Below, piece after piece: positions 13,081 to 26,300 of a DNA stretch of 64,000 nt. The notes beneath the pieces are model-generated. The model was given only the letters and a program-made list of their open reading frames with translations, did not search any database and was not told the DNA's origin. The position numbers and the translations under genes were made by a program. Origin of the DNA: Macrostomum hystrix (taxonomy: Eukaryota; Animalia; Platyhelminthes); NCBI GenBank assembly GCA_950097015.1, contig CATNEN010000001.1, forward strand, positions 14,756,001 to 14,820,000. The letters run 5' to 3'. The number at the start of each line of letters is the position of its first letter. The first letter of the stretch is position 1.

Positions 13081-13704
13081 ATCGCCAGTACTTTTCTCTG
13101 ATAGCAAACAAAATAGGCTTTGATAAAAGAGAAGTTTCACAATAATCAATCAGATTGGTGAAATTGAATTTAGCCCGATTCACTTGCTAGCTGAGAGTGC
13201 TGTACTCTAGTTAATGAGCTATTTGTCTCTCTAACCATAAAAGTGGTCGCTGCAGTTGGCTTCAGCCCCGTCAAAAGTTACGATTTCCCGCAGACAAGCT
13301 TTTTGAATCATACAAAAAATATGATCAATTTATGACTTATATTGCCTAGATACGCAGTCCAGCGTCGGCAGCATCAGTGTTAGCTTATCGCCAGCTGCTG
13401 CTAATATGCCAAGTACAAACACCGTGTTATTCTACTAGAAGACAATGAAGAATAACTGCAAAGCCTGTGTTTTCCCCAAAAAGAACCCAGATCTAGACGC
13501 TTTTAGCGATCCATAACCGGACAGATTATGATTGACAGCTTCGGTCGAGCAGTATTATTTTACGCACAAAAAATCGTTCCTATCTATGCTTTTCGTTCTA
13601 GCAATCCAGTCTGTGTGAGGACGTTAAAACATTTCTTTAATTCCCAACCTGCTAAATAGAAATTCATTCCTGCAAAATCTGGGAGGTAATTTACTTAAAG
13701 AAAC

Positions 13705-15515
13705 TAAGCAGAGAAAATAGGAAGAGAGAATGAGAAAAGAGAATGGTAATAGAGAATGGGAAGAGAGAGAATGGAAAGAGAATGGGAAGAGAGAGAATGG
13801 AAAGAGAGAATGGGAAGAGAGAATGGGAAGAGAGAGAATGGAAAGAGAATGGGAAGAGAGAGAATGGAAAGAGAGAATGGGAAGAGAGAATGGGAAGAGA
13901 GAGAATGGAAAGAGAGAATGGGAAGAGAGAATTGGAAGAGAGAATGGAAAGAGAGAATGGGAAGAGAGAATGGAAAGAGAGAATGGAAAGAGAGAATGGG
14001 AAGAGAGAATGGGAAGAGAGAATGGAAAGAGAGAATGGAAAGAGAGAATGGGAAGAGAGAATGGGAAGAGAGAATGGAAAGGCAGAATGGGAATAGAGAA
14101 TGGGAATAGAGAACGGGAAGAGAGAGAATGGAAAGAGAGAATGGGAATAGAGAACGGGAAGAGAGAGAATGGAAAGAGAGAATGGGAAGAGAGAGAATGG
14201 GAAGAGAGAGAATGGGAAGAGAGAGAATGGGAAGAGAGAGAATGGGAAGAGAGAATGGGAAGAGAGAGAATGGGAAGAGAGAGAATGGGAAGAGAGAGAA
14301 TGGGAAGAGAGAGAATGGGAAGAGAGAGAATGGAAAGATAGAATGGGAAGAGAGAGAATGGGAAGAGAGAGAATGGGAAGAGAGAGAATGGGAAGAGAGA
14401 ATAGGAAGAGAGAGAATGGGAAGAGAGAGAATGGGAAGAGAGAGAATGGGAAGAGAGAGAATGGGAAGAGAGAATGGGAAGAGAGAATGGGAAGAGAGAG
14501 AATGGGAAGAGAGAGAATGGGAAGAGAGAGAATGGGAAGAGAGAGAATGGGAATAGAGAGAATAGGAAGAGAGAGGATGGAAAGAGAGAGAATTGGAAGA
14601 GAGAGAATGGGAAGAGAGAATGGGAAGAGAGAGAATGGGAATAGAGAGAATAGGAAGAGAGAGGATGGAAAGAGAGAGAATTGGAAGAGAGAGAACGGTA
14701 AGAGAGAGAATGGGAATAGAGAGGAAGGGAAAAAGAGAATGGGAAGAGAGAGAATGGAAAGAGAGAATGGGAAGAGAGAGAATGGGAAGAGAGAGAATGG
14801 GAAGAGAGAGAATGGGAATAGAGAGAATAGGAAGAGAGAGGATGGAAAGAGAGACAATTGGAAGAGAGAGAATTGGAAGAGAGAATGGGAAGAGAGAGAA
14901 TGGGAATAGAGAGAATAGGAAGAGAGAGGATGGAAAGAGAGAGAATTGGAAGAGAGAGAACGGTAAGAGAGAGAATGGGAATAGAGAGAATAGGAAGAGA
15001 GAGGATGGAAAGAGAGAATGGGAAGAGAGAGAATGGGAAGAGAGAGAATGGGAAGAGAGAATGGGAAGAGAGAGAATGGGAAGAGAGAGAATAGGAAGAG
15101 AGAGGATGGAAAGAGAGAGAATTGGAAGAGAGAGAACGGTAAGAGAGAGAATGGGAATAGAGAGGAAGGGAAAAAGAGAATGGGAAGAGAGAATATGGGG
15201 AGAGAGGAGAATGGGAAGAGAGAATGGGAAGAGAGAGAATGGGAAGAGAGAGAATGGGAAGAGAGAGAATGGGAATAGAGAGAATGGGAAGAGAGAGAAT
15301 GGGAAGAGAGAGAATGGGAAGAGAGAGAATGGGAAGAGAGAAGAGAAAAGTAATAGGAAGAGAGAGGATGGAAAGAGAGAGAATAGGAAGAGAGAGAACG
15401 GTAAGAGAGAGAATGGGAATAGAGAGGAAGGGAAAAAGAGAATGGGAAGAGAGAGAATATGAAGAGGCAATGGGAAGAGAGAATATGGGGAGAGAGGAGA
15501 ATGGGAGAATGATGA
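13705..15515. repeat. Purine-rich 13/15-bp minisatellite (GAGAGAATGGGAAGA), reverse complement of the 7390-10790 array
   Basis: Direct reading. Confidence 0.95.
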
Positions 15516-16109
15516 ATGGGCTGGGTTTATCCGGATAAAAAAGCTAGCTCCAGTTTAGCATGAAATCGGGAATGCGAGGTTAAGCACTGGTTAGTGAAAT
15601 TAGCATGCATTCTGTAGTTTTTTGCAGCAGCTGGGTTAGCTTGGTATTTACAATCAGAACATTTGTGTCTGCATGCAGATAATTTAAGCGAGCAACAATT
15701 TTATTTGACTAATAAAATATTTGACTGAAAAGGGAAATTAATTTGATGCCAAATTACAACTGACAGACAGGACAGATCGGATGCAAAAGCTTTTGTTAGA
15801 CAGACATTGGCCACAAAGACATGTATTGTACGCAAAGACAAGCCTAAACTCATACCTGACTAGGTAAGTGTTATTGCCTAGACCAACAGCTGCTTGGCTA
15901 CCAATGGACAGGGATTCAACTAGTGCGGGCAGTTAAAGAAGCATTTTCAGCAGTGGCAGCAGCAAAGTACTGTTAGATAAAATTGGCTTTTAAATGTTTT
16001 CCTACCTATTGTTCTTTTCACACTCACTCAAGTACTTAAACTTGAGCCACTTCCCGTAAAGTACACTTGACATTTTGCAATAAAAATTAGCCACCTTTTC
16101 TCATTTATT

Positions 16110-17890
16110 CTACTTCATCTACCCCTTCTACCCCATTCAATCTTCCCCTTCTACCCCACTCAATCTTGCCTTTCTACCCCATTCAATCTTCCCCTTCTAC
16201 CCTATTCAATCTACCCCTTCTCCCCTTTCAATCTTCCCCTTCTACACCATTCAATCTTCACTTTCTACCCCATTCAATCTTCCCCTTCTACACTATTCAA
16301 TCTTCCCCTTCTACCCCATTCAATCTTCCCCTTCTACCCCATTCAATCTTCCCCTTCTACCCCATTCAATCTTCCCCTTCTATCCCATTCAATCTTCCCC
16401 TTCTACCCCATTCAATCTTCCCCTTCTATCCCATTCAATCTTCCCCTTCTACCCCATTCAATCTTCCCCTTCTACCCCATTCAATTTTTCCCTTCTACCC
16501 CATTCAATCTTCCCCTTCTACCCCATTCAATCTTCCCCTTCTATCCCATTCAATCTTCCCCTTCTACCCCATTCAATCTTCCCCTTCTACCCCATTCAAT
16601 CTTCCCCTTCTACCCCATTCAATCTTCCCCTTCTATCCCATTCAATCTTCCCCTTCTACCCCATTCAATCTTCCCCTTCTACCCCATTCAATTTTTCCCT
16701 TCTACCCCATTCAATCTTCCCCTTCTACCCCATTCAATCTTCCCCTTCTATCCCATTCAATCTTCCCCTTCTACCCCATTCAATCTACTCATTCTACCCC
16801 ATTCAATCTACCCCTTCTACCCCATTCAATCTACCCCTTCTACCCCATTCAATCTAACCCTTCTACCCCATTCAATCTACCCCTTCTCCCCTTTCAATCT
16901 TCCCCTTCTACCCCATTCAATCTTGCCCATCTACCCTATTCAATCTACCCCTTCTCCCCTTTCAATCTTCCCCTTCTACACCATTCAATCCTCAATTTCT
17001 ACCCCATTCAATCTTGCCCATCTACCCTATTCAATCTACCCCTTCTCCCCTTTCAATCTTCCCCTTCTACACCATTCAATCTTCACTTTCTACCCCATTC
17101 AATCTTGCCTTTCTACACTATTCAATCTTCCCCTTCTACCCCATTCAATCTTCCCCTTCTACCCCATTCAATCTTCCCCTTCTACCCCATTCAATTTTTC
17201 CCTTCTACCCCATTCAATCTTCCCTTTCTACCCCATTCAATCTTCCCTTTCTACCCCATTCAATCTTCCCTTTCTACCCCATTCAATCTTGCCTTTCTAC
17301 ACTATTCAATCTTCCCCTTCTACCCCATTCAATCTTCCCCTTCTACCCCATTCAATCTTCCCCTTCTACCCCATTCAATCTTCCCCTTCTACCCCATTCA
17401 ATCTTCCCCTTCTACCCCATTCAATCTTCCCCTTCTACCCCATTCAATCTTCCCCTTCTACCCCATTCAATCTTCCCCTTCTACCCCATTCAATCTTCCC
17501 CTTCTATCCCATTCAATCTTCCCCTTCTACCCCATTCAATCTTCCCCTTCTACCCCATTCAATCTTCCCCTTCTATCCCATTCAATCTTCCCCTTCTACC
17601 CCATTCAATCTTCCTCTTCTATCCCATTCAATCTTCCCCTTCTACCCCATTCAATCTTCCCCTTCTACCCCATTCAATCTACCCCTTCTCCCCTTTCAAT
17701 CTTCCCCTTCTACCCCATTCAATCTTGCCCATCTACCCCTTCTCCCCTTTCAATCTTCCCCTTCTACCCCATTCAATCTTGCCCTTCTACCCCATTCAAT
17801 CTTGCCCTTCTACCCCATTCAATCTACTCCTTCTACCCCATTCAATCTTCCCTTTCTCTTGCATCTTTAAACTACCCCTTCTACCCCTAT
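16110..17890. repeat. 23-bp minisatellite CCCCATTCAATCTTCCCCTTCTA
   Basis: Direct reading. Confidence 0.96.
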
Positions 17891-18485
17891 GAAATACAAT
17901 ACCCCTTATTAGTCTTATCAATAGTATTTCTGCGCTATTATTCCAGCATATTCTGCTCCAACTCAAGCTAATATATACTATTGGCCCAGGAAAGTGATAA
18001 TCTTCTTGGAAAAAAGCAAAAAAATTAGACCGCTTACACTCAGATTCTGTTAAATGCATTAAATGCAAAGGAACTATCAGTATTCTCACACATTCCAATA
18101 GTTAGCCATTGCTGATGTCTGTATAAAAATCTGGTACTAAGCAAAAAACAAAAAATGGTTATTTAATGCTTTGCTTTTCAGTCTGTCTGTCTGCTGAGTG
18201 TCGGATCACACAGTCCAAATCAGCAGGCGATCAACTTTCCTCTAAGTCCGGAAACGCGAATCGTTTTGCACTCCATTGCTCAACTTTCACATCTATATAT
18301 TTTTGTGTGAGAATCTGAGAGACTGAGTCAGAAAATATAAGTTACTGTAGCTTTCGTGAAAATACCAGGCCAGGCTTATAGCCCAGTGATTGATATGTCA
18401 GAACTGCGTGTCCATCCTTATGTGCTCACTTCTCAATTGTCGAATCCAGATTAATCTAAATCATCCAGACAGCCAACAAGCTATA

Positions 18486-19415
18486 TACTTCTCCCCTGCC
18501 ACTCTACTTCTCCCCTGCCACTCTACTTCTCCCCTGCCACTCTACTTCTCCCCCTACCACCCTACTTCTCCCCCTGCACTCTACTTCTCTCCCTGCCACT
18601 CTACTTCTCCCTGCCTACTTCTGCCCCTGCCACTCTACTTCTCCCCCTGCCTAGTTCCCCCTGCGACTCTACTTCTCCCTGCCTACTTCTCCCCCCTGCC
18701 ACTTTACTTCTCCCCCTGCACTCTACTTCTCTCTCTGCCACTCTACTTCTGCCTGCCACTCTACTTCTCCCCCTACCACCCTACTTCTCCCCCTGCACTC
18801 TACTTCTCTCCCTGCCACTCTACTTCTCCCTGCCTACTTCTGCCCCTGCCACTCTACTTCTCCCCCTGCCTAGTTCCCCCTGCGACTCTACTTCTCCCTG
18901 CCTACTTCTCCCCCCTGCCACTTTACTTCTCCCCCTGCACTCTACTTCTCTCTCTGCCACTCTACTTCTGCCTGCCACTCTACTTCTCCCCCTACCACCC
19001 TACTTCTCCCCCTGCCACTCTACTTCTCCCCCTGCACTCTACTTCTCCCCCTACCACTCTACTTCTCCCCCTACCACCCTACTTCTCCCCCTGCACTCTA
19101 CTTATTCCCGCCTACTTCTGCCCCTGCCACTCTACTTCTCCCTCTGCCTAGTTCCCCCTGCGACTCTACTTCTCCCCCCTGCCACTCTACTTCAGCCCCT
19201 GCCACTCTATTTCCCCCGCTACCACCCTACTTCTCCCCCTGCCACTCTACTTCTTTCCCTGCACTCTACTTCTTTCCCTGCACTCTACTTCTCTCCCTGC
19301 CACTCTACTTCAGCCTGCAACTCTACTTCTCCTCCCCCTGCATTCTACTTCTCCCCCTGCACTCTACTTCTCTCCCTGCCACTCTACTTCTCCCTGCCAC
19401 TTTACTTCTGCCACC
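18486..19415. repeat. ~19-bp minisatellite CTCTACTTCTCCCCTGCCA with a 219-bp higher-order duplication
   Basis: Block starting 18538 recurs at 18757 (73-aa repeat in the spurious ORF). Confidence 0.93.
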
Positions 19416-20333
19416 ATGACACCATGCCACTATTCTTATTCTGCCAACTCCCGAAATTTTAATTAATCATTCGTAAATAAAATACAATAAAAGACTCCTA
19501 CTACTTGTCAGTAGAACGATAGTATCATGTACAGAAAACTAAGGCAACATGACAAAAGAATTCTGAAATAACTTTTTTGTTTAGTAGAACTGAGCCTCAT
19601 AAATATTTAGATTCAATATTTAGTTTTATTAGCACAAGTGAATTATCTCGAGCACATGTAAGCACACAGGTGAAACGCAAACTTTTATTTGAAACCAAGA
19701 AAACTTATTTAAAAGTGCACACTGTTAGTAAAACAAACAGAATACCTTCACAGCCCAATTCGTTGAATAGTAATTATTATCATAAATTATAACGTTATTT
19801 AAACAAACAAAAAACAATGGTCCTTAAACACAAATTGCAGTTTAAAGTGGTCCTGAAATTTATTTACAATTTTCGCTAACAAAAATACACAACAAGAACG
19901 TCGCTTACAAAGGAATGTGAGAAATGATATACTCAAACAAACAGATAAACAAAATGAATCAAAATCTGGTTGCTTATAAACAAATCTAAGTGTTATAGAT
20001 ATGCTCAATACACAATTGGCTAAGCAAAAAAGTGCTGAGATTTACGGCGAGAAAATACATTTTTCAACACATATCGGAAATCTTTGAAATAATCGAAATC
20101 AACTTTTTCGACGCATATCGGCCAACAAAAAGCTGTTCTTGTTGGTAAGATTTCTTCTTGGATTCTTCGCTCTAACTAAGAAGCTAAAAAACCCGCTTTG
20201 TTAAAATATTTGTTTTATGAGCTAAATCAAAAGTTTGAAATATGAATCGGATTGGCCTCTTAACTATACGGGATAAGAGTCAGCGTTAAATGTTGAACCT
20301 TAAAAAATGTTTAAAAAGTCACAAGAGTAGTTG

Positions 20334-23300
20334 CTACGGCACCCAAACTCGCATAGAGCAATCGGCTGACCCTGAGAACAGTCTGCCATTGGCCACGGCC
20401 ATCGCTGTCACAATGCCCTGATGCCGTTGAAGTGTCTGGGTGCGCATCATATTGTGAAGGCTCCACACGGCCACGGTCATGTCGTGCGAGCCAGACAGCA
20501 GCTTCAGGCCGGCGCTGGTTCGCATCACTGACAAACAGCTCACCTGGCGGGGAAATATTGGTCATAATGTTTCAGCACAGATCTTATGACCAATGATGAC
20601 CCTTTAATGACCCACAAACTGAGGATCTGATGAAACACAAACTGAGGATCTGATGACCCACAAACTGAGGATCTGATAATCCCACAAACTGAGGATCTGA
20701 TAATCCCACAAACTGAGGATCTGATGACCCACAAACTGAGGATCTGATAATCCCACAAACTGAGGATCTGATAATCCCACAAACTGAGGATCTGATAATC
20801 CCACAAACTGAGGATCTGATAATCACACAAACTGATGACTGATAATCCCACAAACTGAGGATCTGATAATCACACAAACTGATGACTGATAATCCCACAA
20901 ACTGAGGATCTGATAATCCCACAAACTGAGGATCTGATAATCACACAAACTGATGACTGATAATCCCACAAACTGAGGATCTGATAATCCCACAAACTGA
21001 GGATCTGATAATCACACAAACTGATGACTGATAATCCCACAAACTGAGGATCTGATAATCCCACAAACTGAGGATCTGATAATCACACAAACTGATGACT
21101 GATAATCCCACAAACTGAGGATCTGATAATCACACAAACTGATGACTGATAATCCCACAAACTGAGGATCTGATAATCCCACAAACTGAGGATCTGATAA
21201 TCACACAAACTGATGACTGATAATCCCACAAACTGAGGATCTGATAATCACACAAACTGATGACTGATAATCCCACAAACTGAGGATCTGATGACCCACA
21301 AACTGAGGATCTGATGAAACACAAACTGAGGATCTGATAATCCCACAAACTGAGGATCTGATGACCCACAAACTGATGATCTGATAATCCCACAAACTGA
21401 GGATCTGATGACCCACAAACTGAGGATCTGATGAAACACAAACTGAGGATCTGATGAAACACAAACTGAGGATCGAATAATCCCACAAACTGAGGATCTG
21501 ATAATCCCACAAACTGAGGATCTGATAATCCCACAAACTGAGGATCTGATAATCCCACAAACTGAGGATCTGATAATCCCACAAACTGAGGATCTGATGA
21601 CCCACAAACTGAGGATCTGATGAAACACAAACTGAGGATCTGATAATCCCACAAACTGATGACTGATAATCCCACAAACTGATGACTGATAATCCCACAA
21701 ACTGAGGATCTGATGACCCACAAACTGAGGATCTGATGAAACACAAACTGAGGATCTGATGAAACACAAACTGAGGATCGAATAATCCCACAAACTGAGG
21801 ATCTGATAATCCCACAAACTGAGGATCTGATGAAACAAACTGAGGATCTGATGAAACAAACTGAGGATCTGATGAAACACAAACTGAGGATCTGATAAGC
21901 CCACAAACTGAGGATCTGATAAGCCCACAAACTGAGGATCTGATAAGCCCACAAACTGAGGATCTGATAATCCCACAAACTGAGGATCTGATAATCCCAC
22001 AAACTGAGGATCTGATAATCCCACAAACTGACGATCTGATAATCCCACAAACTGAGGATCTGATAACCCACAAACTGATGATCTGATAATCCCACAAACT
22101 GAGGATCTGATAATCCCACAAACTGAGGATCTGATAATCCCACAAGCTAAGGATCTGATAATCCCACAAATTGAGGATCTGATGATCCCACATACTGAGG
22201 TTCTGATTACAAACCAAATGTACTTTTATTACAACAAATTTGCCAACCATCAACAGTGCTCACCTGGCCAGAGTGCCCCTTGAGTACATGCGCCGGCTCA
22301 GAAGCGGCAGTGGATTCTCGTTTTGCCCTATTCAGAACCTGCGCCTGATTGGCTTTACCGTCGGACAATTTCTGCGCATTTTCCGCACCTTTTGCTGAGG
22401 AATTTTGCGACTTTGTTGCACCCGCAGTCGACTCGCTGTCACTGTCAGGACCGCTCGATGCAGCGGCTGCAACACTCGATGAAGCAGCGGCTTCGTCAGC
22501 CTCCCAGACTAGCAGGGAGCCGCTGCCAGTGCCCGCGATGATGAAATCTGGCAGCACAAGCTGAACGCAATGGACATTGTTAGTTTCCTCGTCTGTGCAC
22601 AACGACCGAACTTTTGAAAAGTTCGTTAATTCAATTAAGGTCACGGCGTTGCCGCTGCCAACGTAGAGCAGCTGCTGGCTGACGACCAGGGCTCGAACCC
22701 AGCGCGAGAAGCCTGTTAGGGTGCGCTTACACTCCCTTGTGGCCAGATCCCACACTTTCACTACGTTTAACGAGCCCGAAAATAGGTAGAACTTGGATAC
22801 GCAGAGGGTGCTAACACTCTCTGTGTGGCCGACCACAACCTGAAGAAAGTTTGGAGAGCGAGTGTACATTAGGGGCAGGGAAAATTGGGGTTGGTCGGGG
22901 GCTAGTGTGCATTAGGGATAGGGAATATTGAGATTGGACGGGAGAGAGTGTACATTAGGGGCAGGGAAAATTGGGGTTGGACGGGAGCGAGTGTACATTA
23001 GGGGTAGGGAATATTGGGGTTGGACGGGAGCGAGTGTACATTAGGGGTAGGGAAAATTGGGGTTGGACGGGAGCGAGTGTACATTAGGGGTAGGGAAAAT
23101 TGAGGTTGGACGGGAGCGAGTGTACATTAGGGGCAGGGAATATTGGGGTTGGACGGGAGCGAGTGTACATTAGGGGTAGGGAATATTGAATATTGGTCGG
23201 AGCGAGTGTACATTAGGGGCAGGGAATATTGGGGTTGGACGGGAGCGAGTGTACATTAGGGGCAGGGAATATTGGGGTTGGACGGGAGCGAGTGTACATT

Positions 23301-26300
23301 AGGGGTAGGGAATATTGAATATTGGTCGGAGCGAGTGTACACAAGTCACCATAATAGAAATTACCTGCAAGCAGCTGCCAAAGTTGGCTGAAGTAGGGGC
23401 CACATCCCACACTCGCACTGTGCTATCCTGCGAGCCAGAGAACAGCACAGAACCCGACAGAGCCAATGACAGCGCTGGTCCCGTATGCCCGTCTAAAGTT
23501 TTCAACAACTCATTCGAGCTGCCAACCTGCCACATTTTAACAGACTTGTCACCGCTGGCCGAATATAAATAATCGCCACCAACTAGCAGGCACCAAATCG
23601 GTCCCCGGTGACCAACAAAAGTGCCCAAACATTTGAAAGTTTGCCAAGCGTGACCGCCGGGTTGTAGGCTAGCTAGGCAGGCCATCTGTTCGTTGACCAG
23701 AGCCAGGGCTTCCTGTAGTCTCTCGTGCTTGGCCTGGGAATCGACAAGGAGGTCCTGGTGCTCCGATTGGACCATGTCCAGAGTGAGGAAGCGCTCCTCA
23801 ATGTGCCGATCTAGACGATCGAGACGATCAACAACTGTGCCCAGCATGGAGCGAAGAAACTCAAGGTCGCGCGAGCGCTCATCCATTTGGTCTTGAAGGT
23901 GCCGGATCTAAACAAACAGGGTTGCGGCACACGATTCAGCTACTTATAGTAGTCTAACATCGATAATAAAAACTATGCGTGAAAAATTACTAGCGACCTC
24001 ATAACTGGCAGAATTAAAAAAGAATCCAACCTTAAGATCTAAATTATTTTCTGAAGAATCCAACCTGAAGATCTGAAGTCGTTCCTGAAAAATCTAACTT
24101 AAAGATCTCAGGAATTTTTTTAAAATCTAACCTGAAAATCTAAAGCGATTCCTGAAGAATCTGAGCTGGAGATCTGAAGTAATTCCTGAAGAATTTAACC
24201 TTAAGATCTGAAGTAATTCCTGCATAATCCAACCTGAAGATCTAAATTATTTCCTGAAGAATCTAACCTGAAGATCTAAATTATTTCCTGAAGAATCCAA
24301 CCTGAAGATCTAAATTAATTCCTGAAGAATCTAACCTGAAGATCTGAAGTAGTTCCTGAAGATAACTTGAAGATCTCAGGAATTTTTAAAAAATCTAACC
24401 TGAAAATCTAAAGCAATTCCTGAAGAATCTAAGCTGGAGATCTGAAGTAATTCCACCTGAAGATCTGAAGTAAATCCTGAAGAATCTAACCTAGAGATCT
24501 GAAGTAATTCCTGAAAAATACAATCTGAAGATCTAAAGTAGGGGTCGGCAAACGACGTCTTCTTCTCAACGGAGAAGAGATGACAGGGGGATGAGACACA
24601 AGAGAGATGAGACACGAAGGATTAGAAACACGTGAAATATAGGACACGGGAGAGATAAGACACGGGAGAGATGAGACACGGGGAGAGATGAGACACGGGA
24701 GAGATGAGACACGGGAGAGATGAAACACGGGAGAGATGAGACACGGGAGAGATGAGACATGGGAGAGATGAGACATGGGAGAGATGAGACATGAGAGAGA
24801 TGAGACATGGGAGAGATGAGACATGGGAGAGATGAAACACGGGAGAGATGAGACACGGGAGAGATGAGACATGGGAGAGATGAGACATGGGAGAGATGAG
24901 ACATGGGAGAGATAAGACGCGGGAGAGATGAGACACGGGAGAGATGAGACACGGGAGAGATGAGACACGGGAGAGATGAAACACGGGAGAGATGAGACAC
25001 GGGAGAGATGAGACATGGGAGAGATGAGACATGGGAGAGATGAGACATGGGAGAGATGAGACATGGGAGAGATGAAACACGGGAGAGATGAGACACGGGA
25101 GAGATGAGACATGGGAGAGATGAGACATGGGAGAGATGAGACATGGGAGAGATAAGACGCGGGAGAGATGAGACACGGGAGAGATGAGACACGGGAGAGA
25201 TGAAATGGAATGGAATGGGTCGGATTTGAGAGCTTTAAGGGCCGCATCTGGCCCGTGGGTCGGAGTTTGCCGGCCCCCTGATCTAAAGAAAATTCTGATA
25301 AAAATTCTAATCTGAAAATCTGAAGGAGCTTCTGAAGAATCCAACCTTCAGGTGATGTCCAACCTTAAGGGATCTGGGAAAAGTTAAAGAAAAACACAAA
25401 CCTGCTTTTCCATTCTCTGCCTAGTCGAAATGCAGGCGGGTGAACAAGAACTCGGTGAGGAGCCGCTGCCGCAGCCACCGCCACCGCCGCCACCGCCGCC
25501 ACCTGAACAGTTGAGCTCGTGCTCAGGGAGGTCTCGCAGTTTAAAATACTTGCCGCAGCGTTTGCCGCATGCCGCAGGGCTATGAGGACAGGAGGACTCG
25601 TGCTCAGTCCGCGCGGCTAAACGAATCTCAGCGGAGCAACCATCGGGATCTACTTCGTAGCTAGCAGCACCGCTGCCACAGCCACCATTGCTGCTGCTGT
25701 TGCAGCCCAATAGAGAGGACGGCGATGTCAGGCCGGAATCTGGCGACTCGGCCGACGGTCGAAGCTTTGGTCGAAGGCCGTAGCGACAGCGGATAAGGAG
25801 GTCGCCGACCTGGTCGCAGAGAGCCAAATTGACAACCAACGGCTTGGCGGCAGTGCGATGACGAGGGCAGTCCACTGTCAGTAGGTGTGAAACATTTAAT
25901 ATTATAGCATTTCGGCTTATTAAACTACTTTAAGTAACGCAATTAGAATATTTCGATCCCTTTTAGTGACACTAACACGACCGCAGCTATGGCGCGGCGC
26001 ATGTGAAGGCTGCGTACGGCTGTTCAGTCCATGGACTGGGGGGCACGCCACACCCACCATCAATTATCCCAGCTGATGCTGGTACCCATTTAACAGCTGG
26101 ATGAACTGAAGCAATGCAGAGTTAAGTTTCTTGCTTATGGACACATATTGTTCCAATGGATCCGGGAATCGAACCCCCGACATTCAAATCATGAGTTCGA
26201 CGCTCAAACCTTTAGGCTACAACCCCCATAAAAGATACTAATCAAGAAATTTAATAGCCTAATATAAATAATAGTACATATGCCGAACCTGTTTCTTCCG

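Noticed and set aside
34-25344. Long repetitive ORFs (STLSTL, FPFSL, ERMGR, GILGI, PFYPIQSS, WDYQILSL, SHLSRV) as proteins
   Set aside because: They are translations of minisatellites, open in several frames or both strands, with no third-position bias, and several lie inside defined introns
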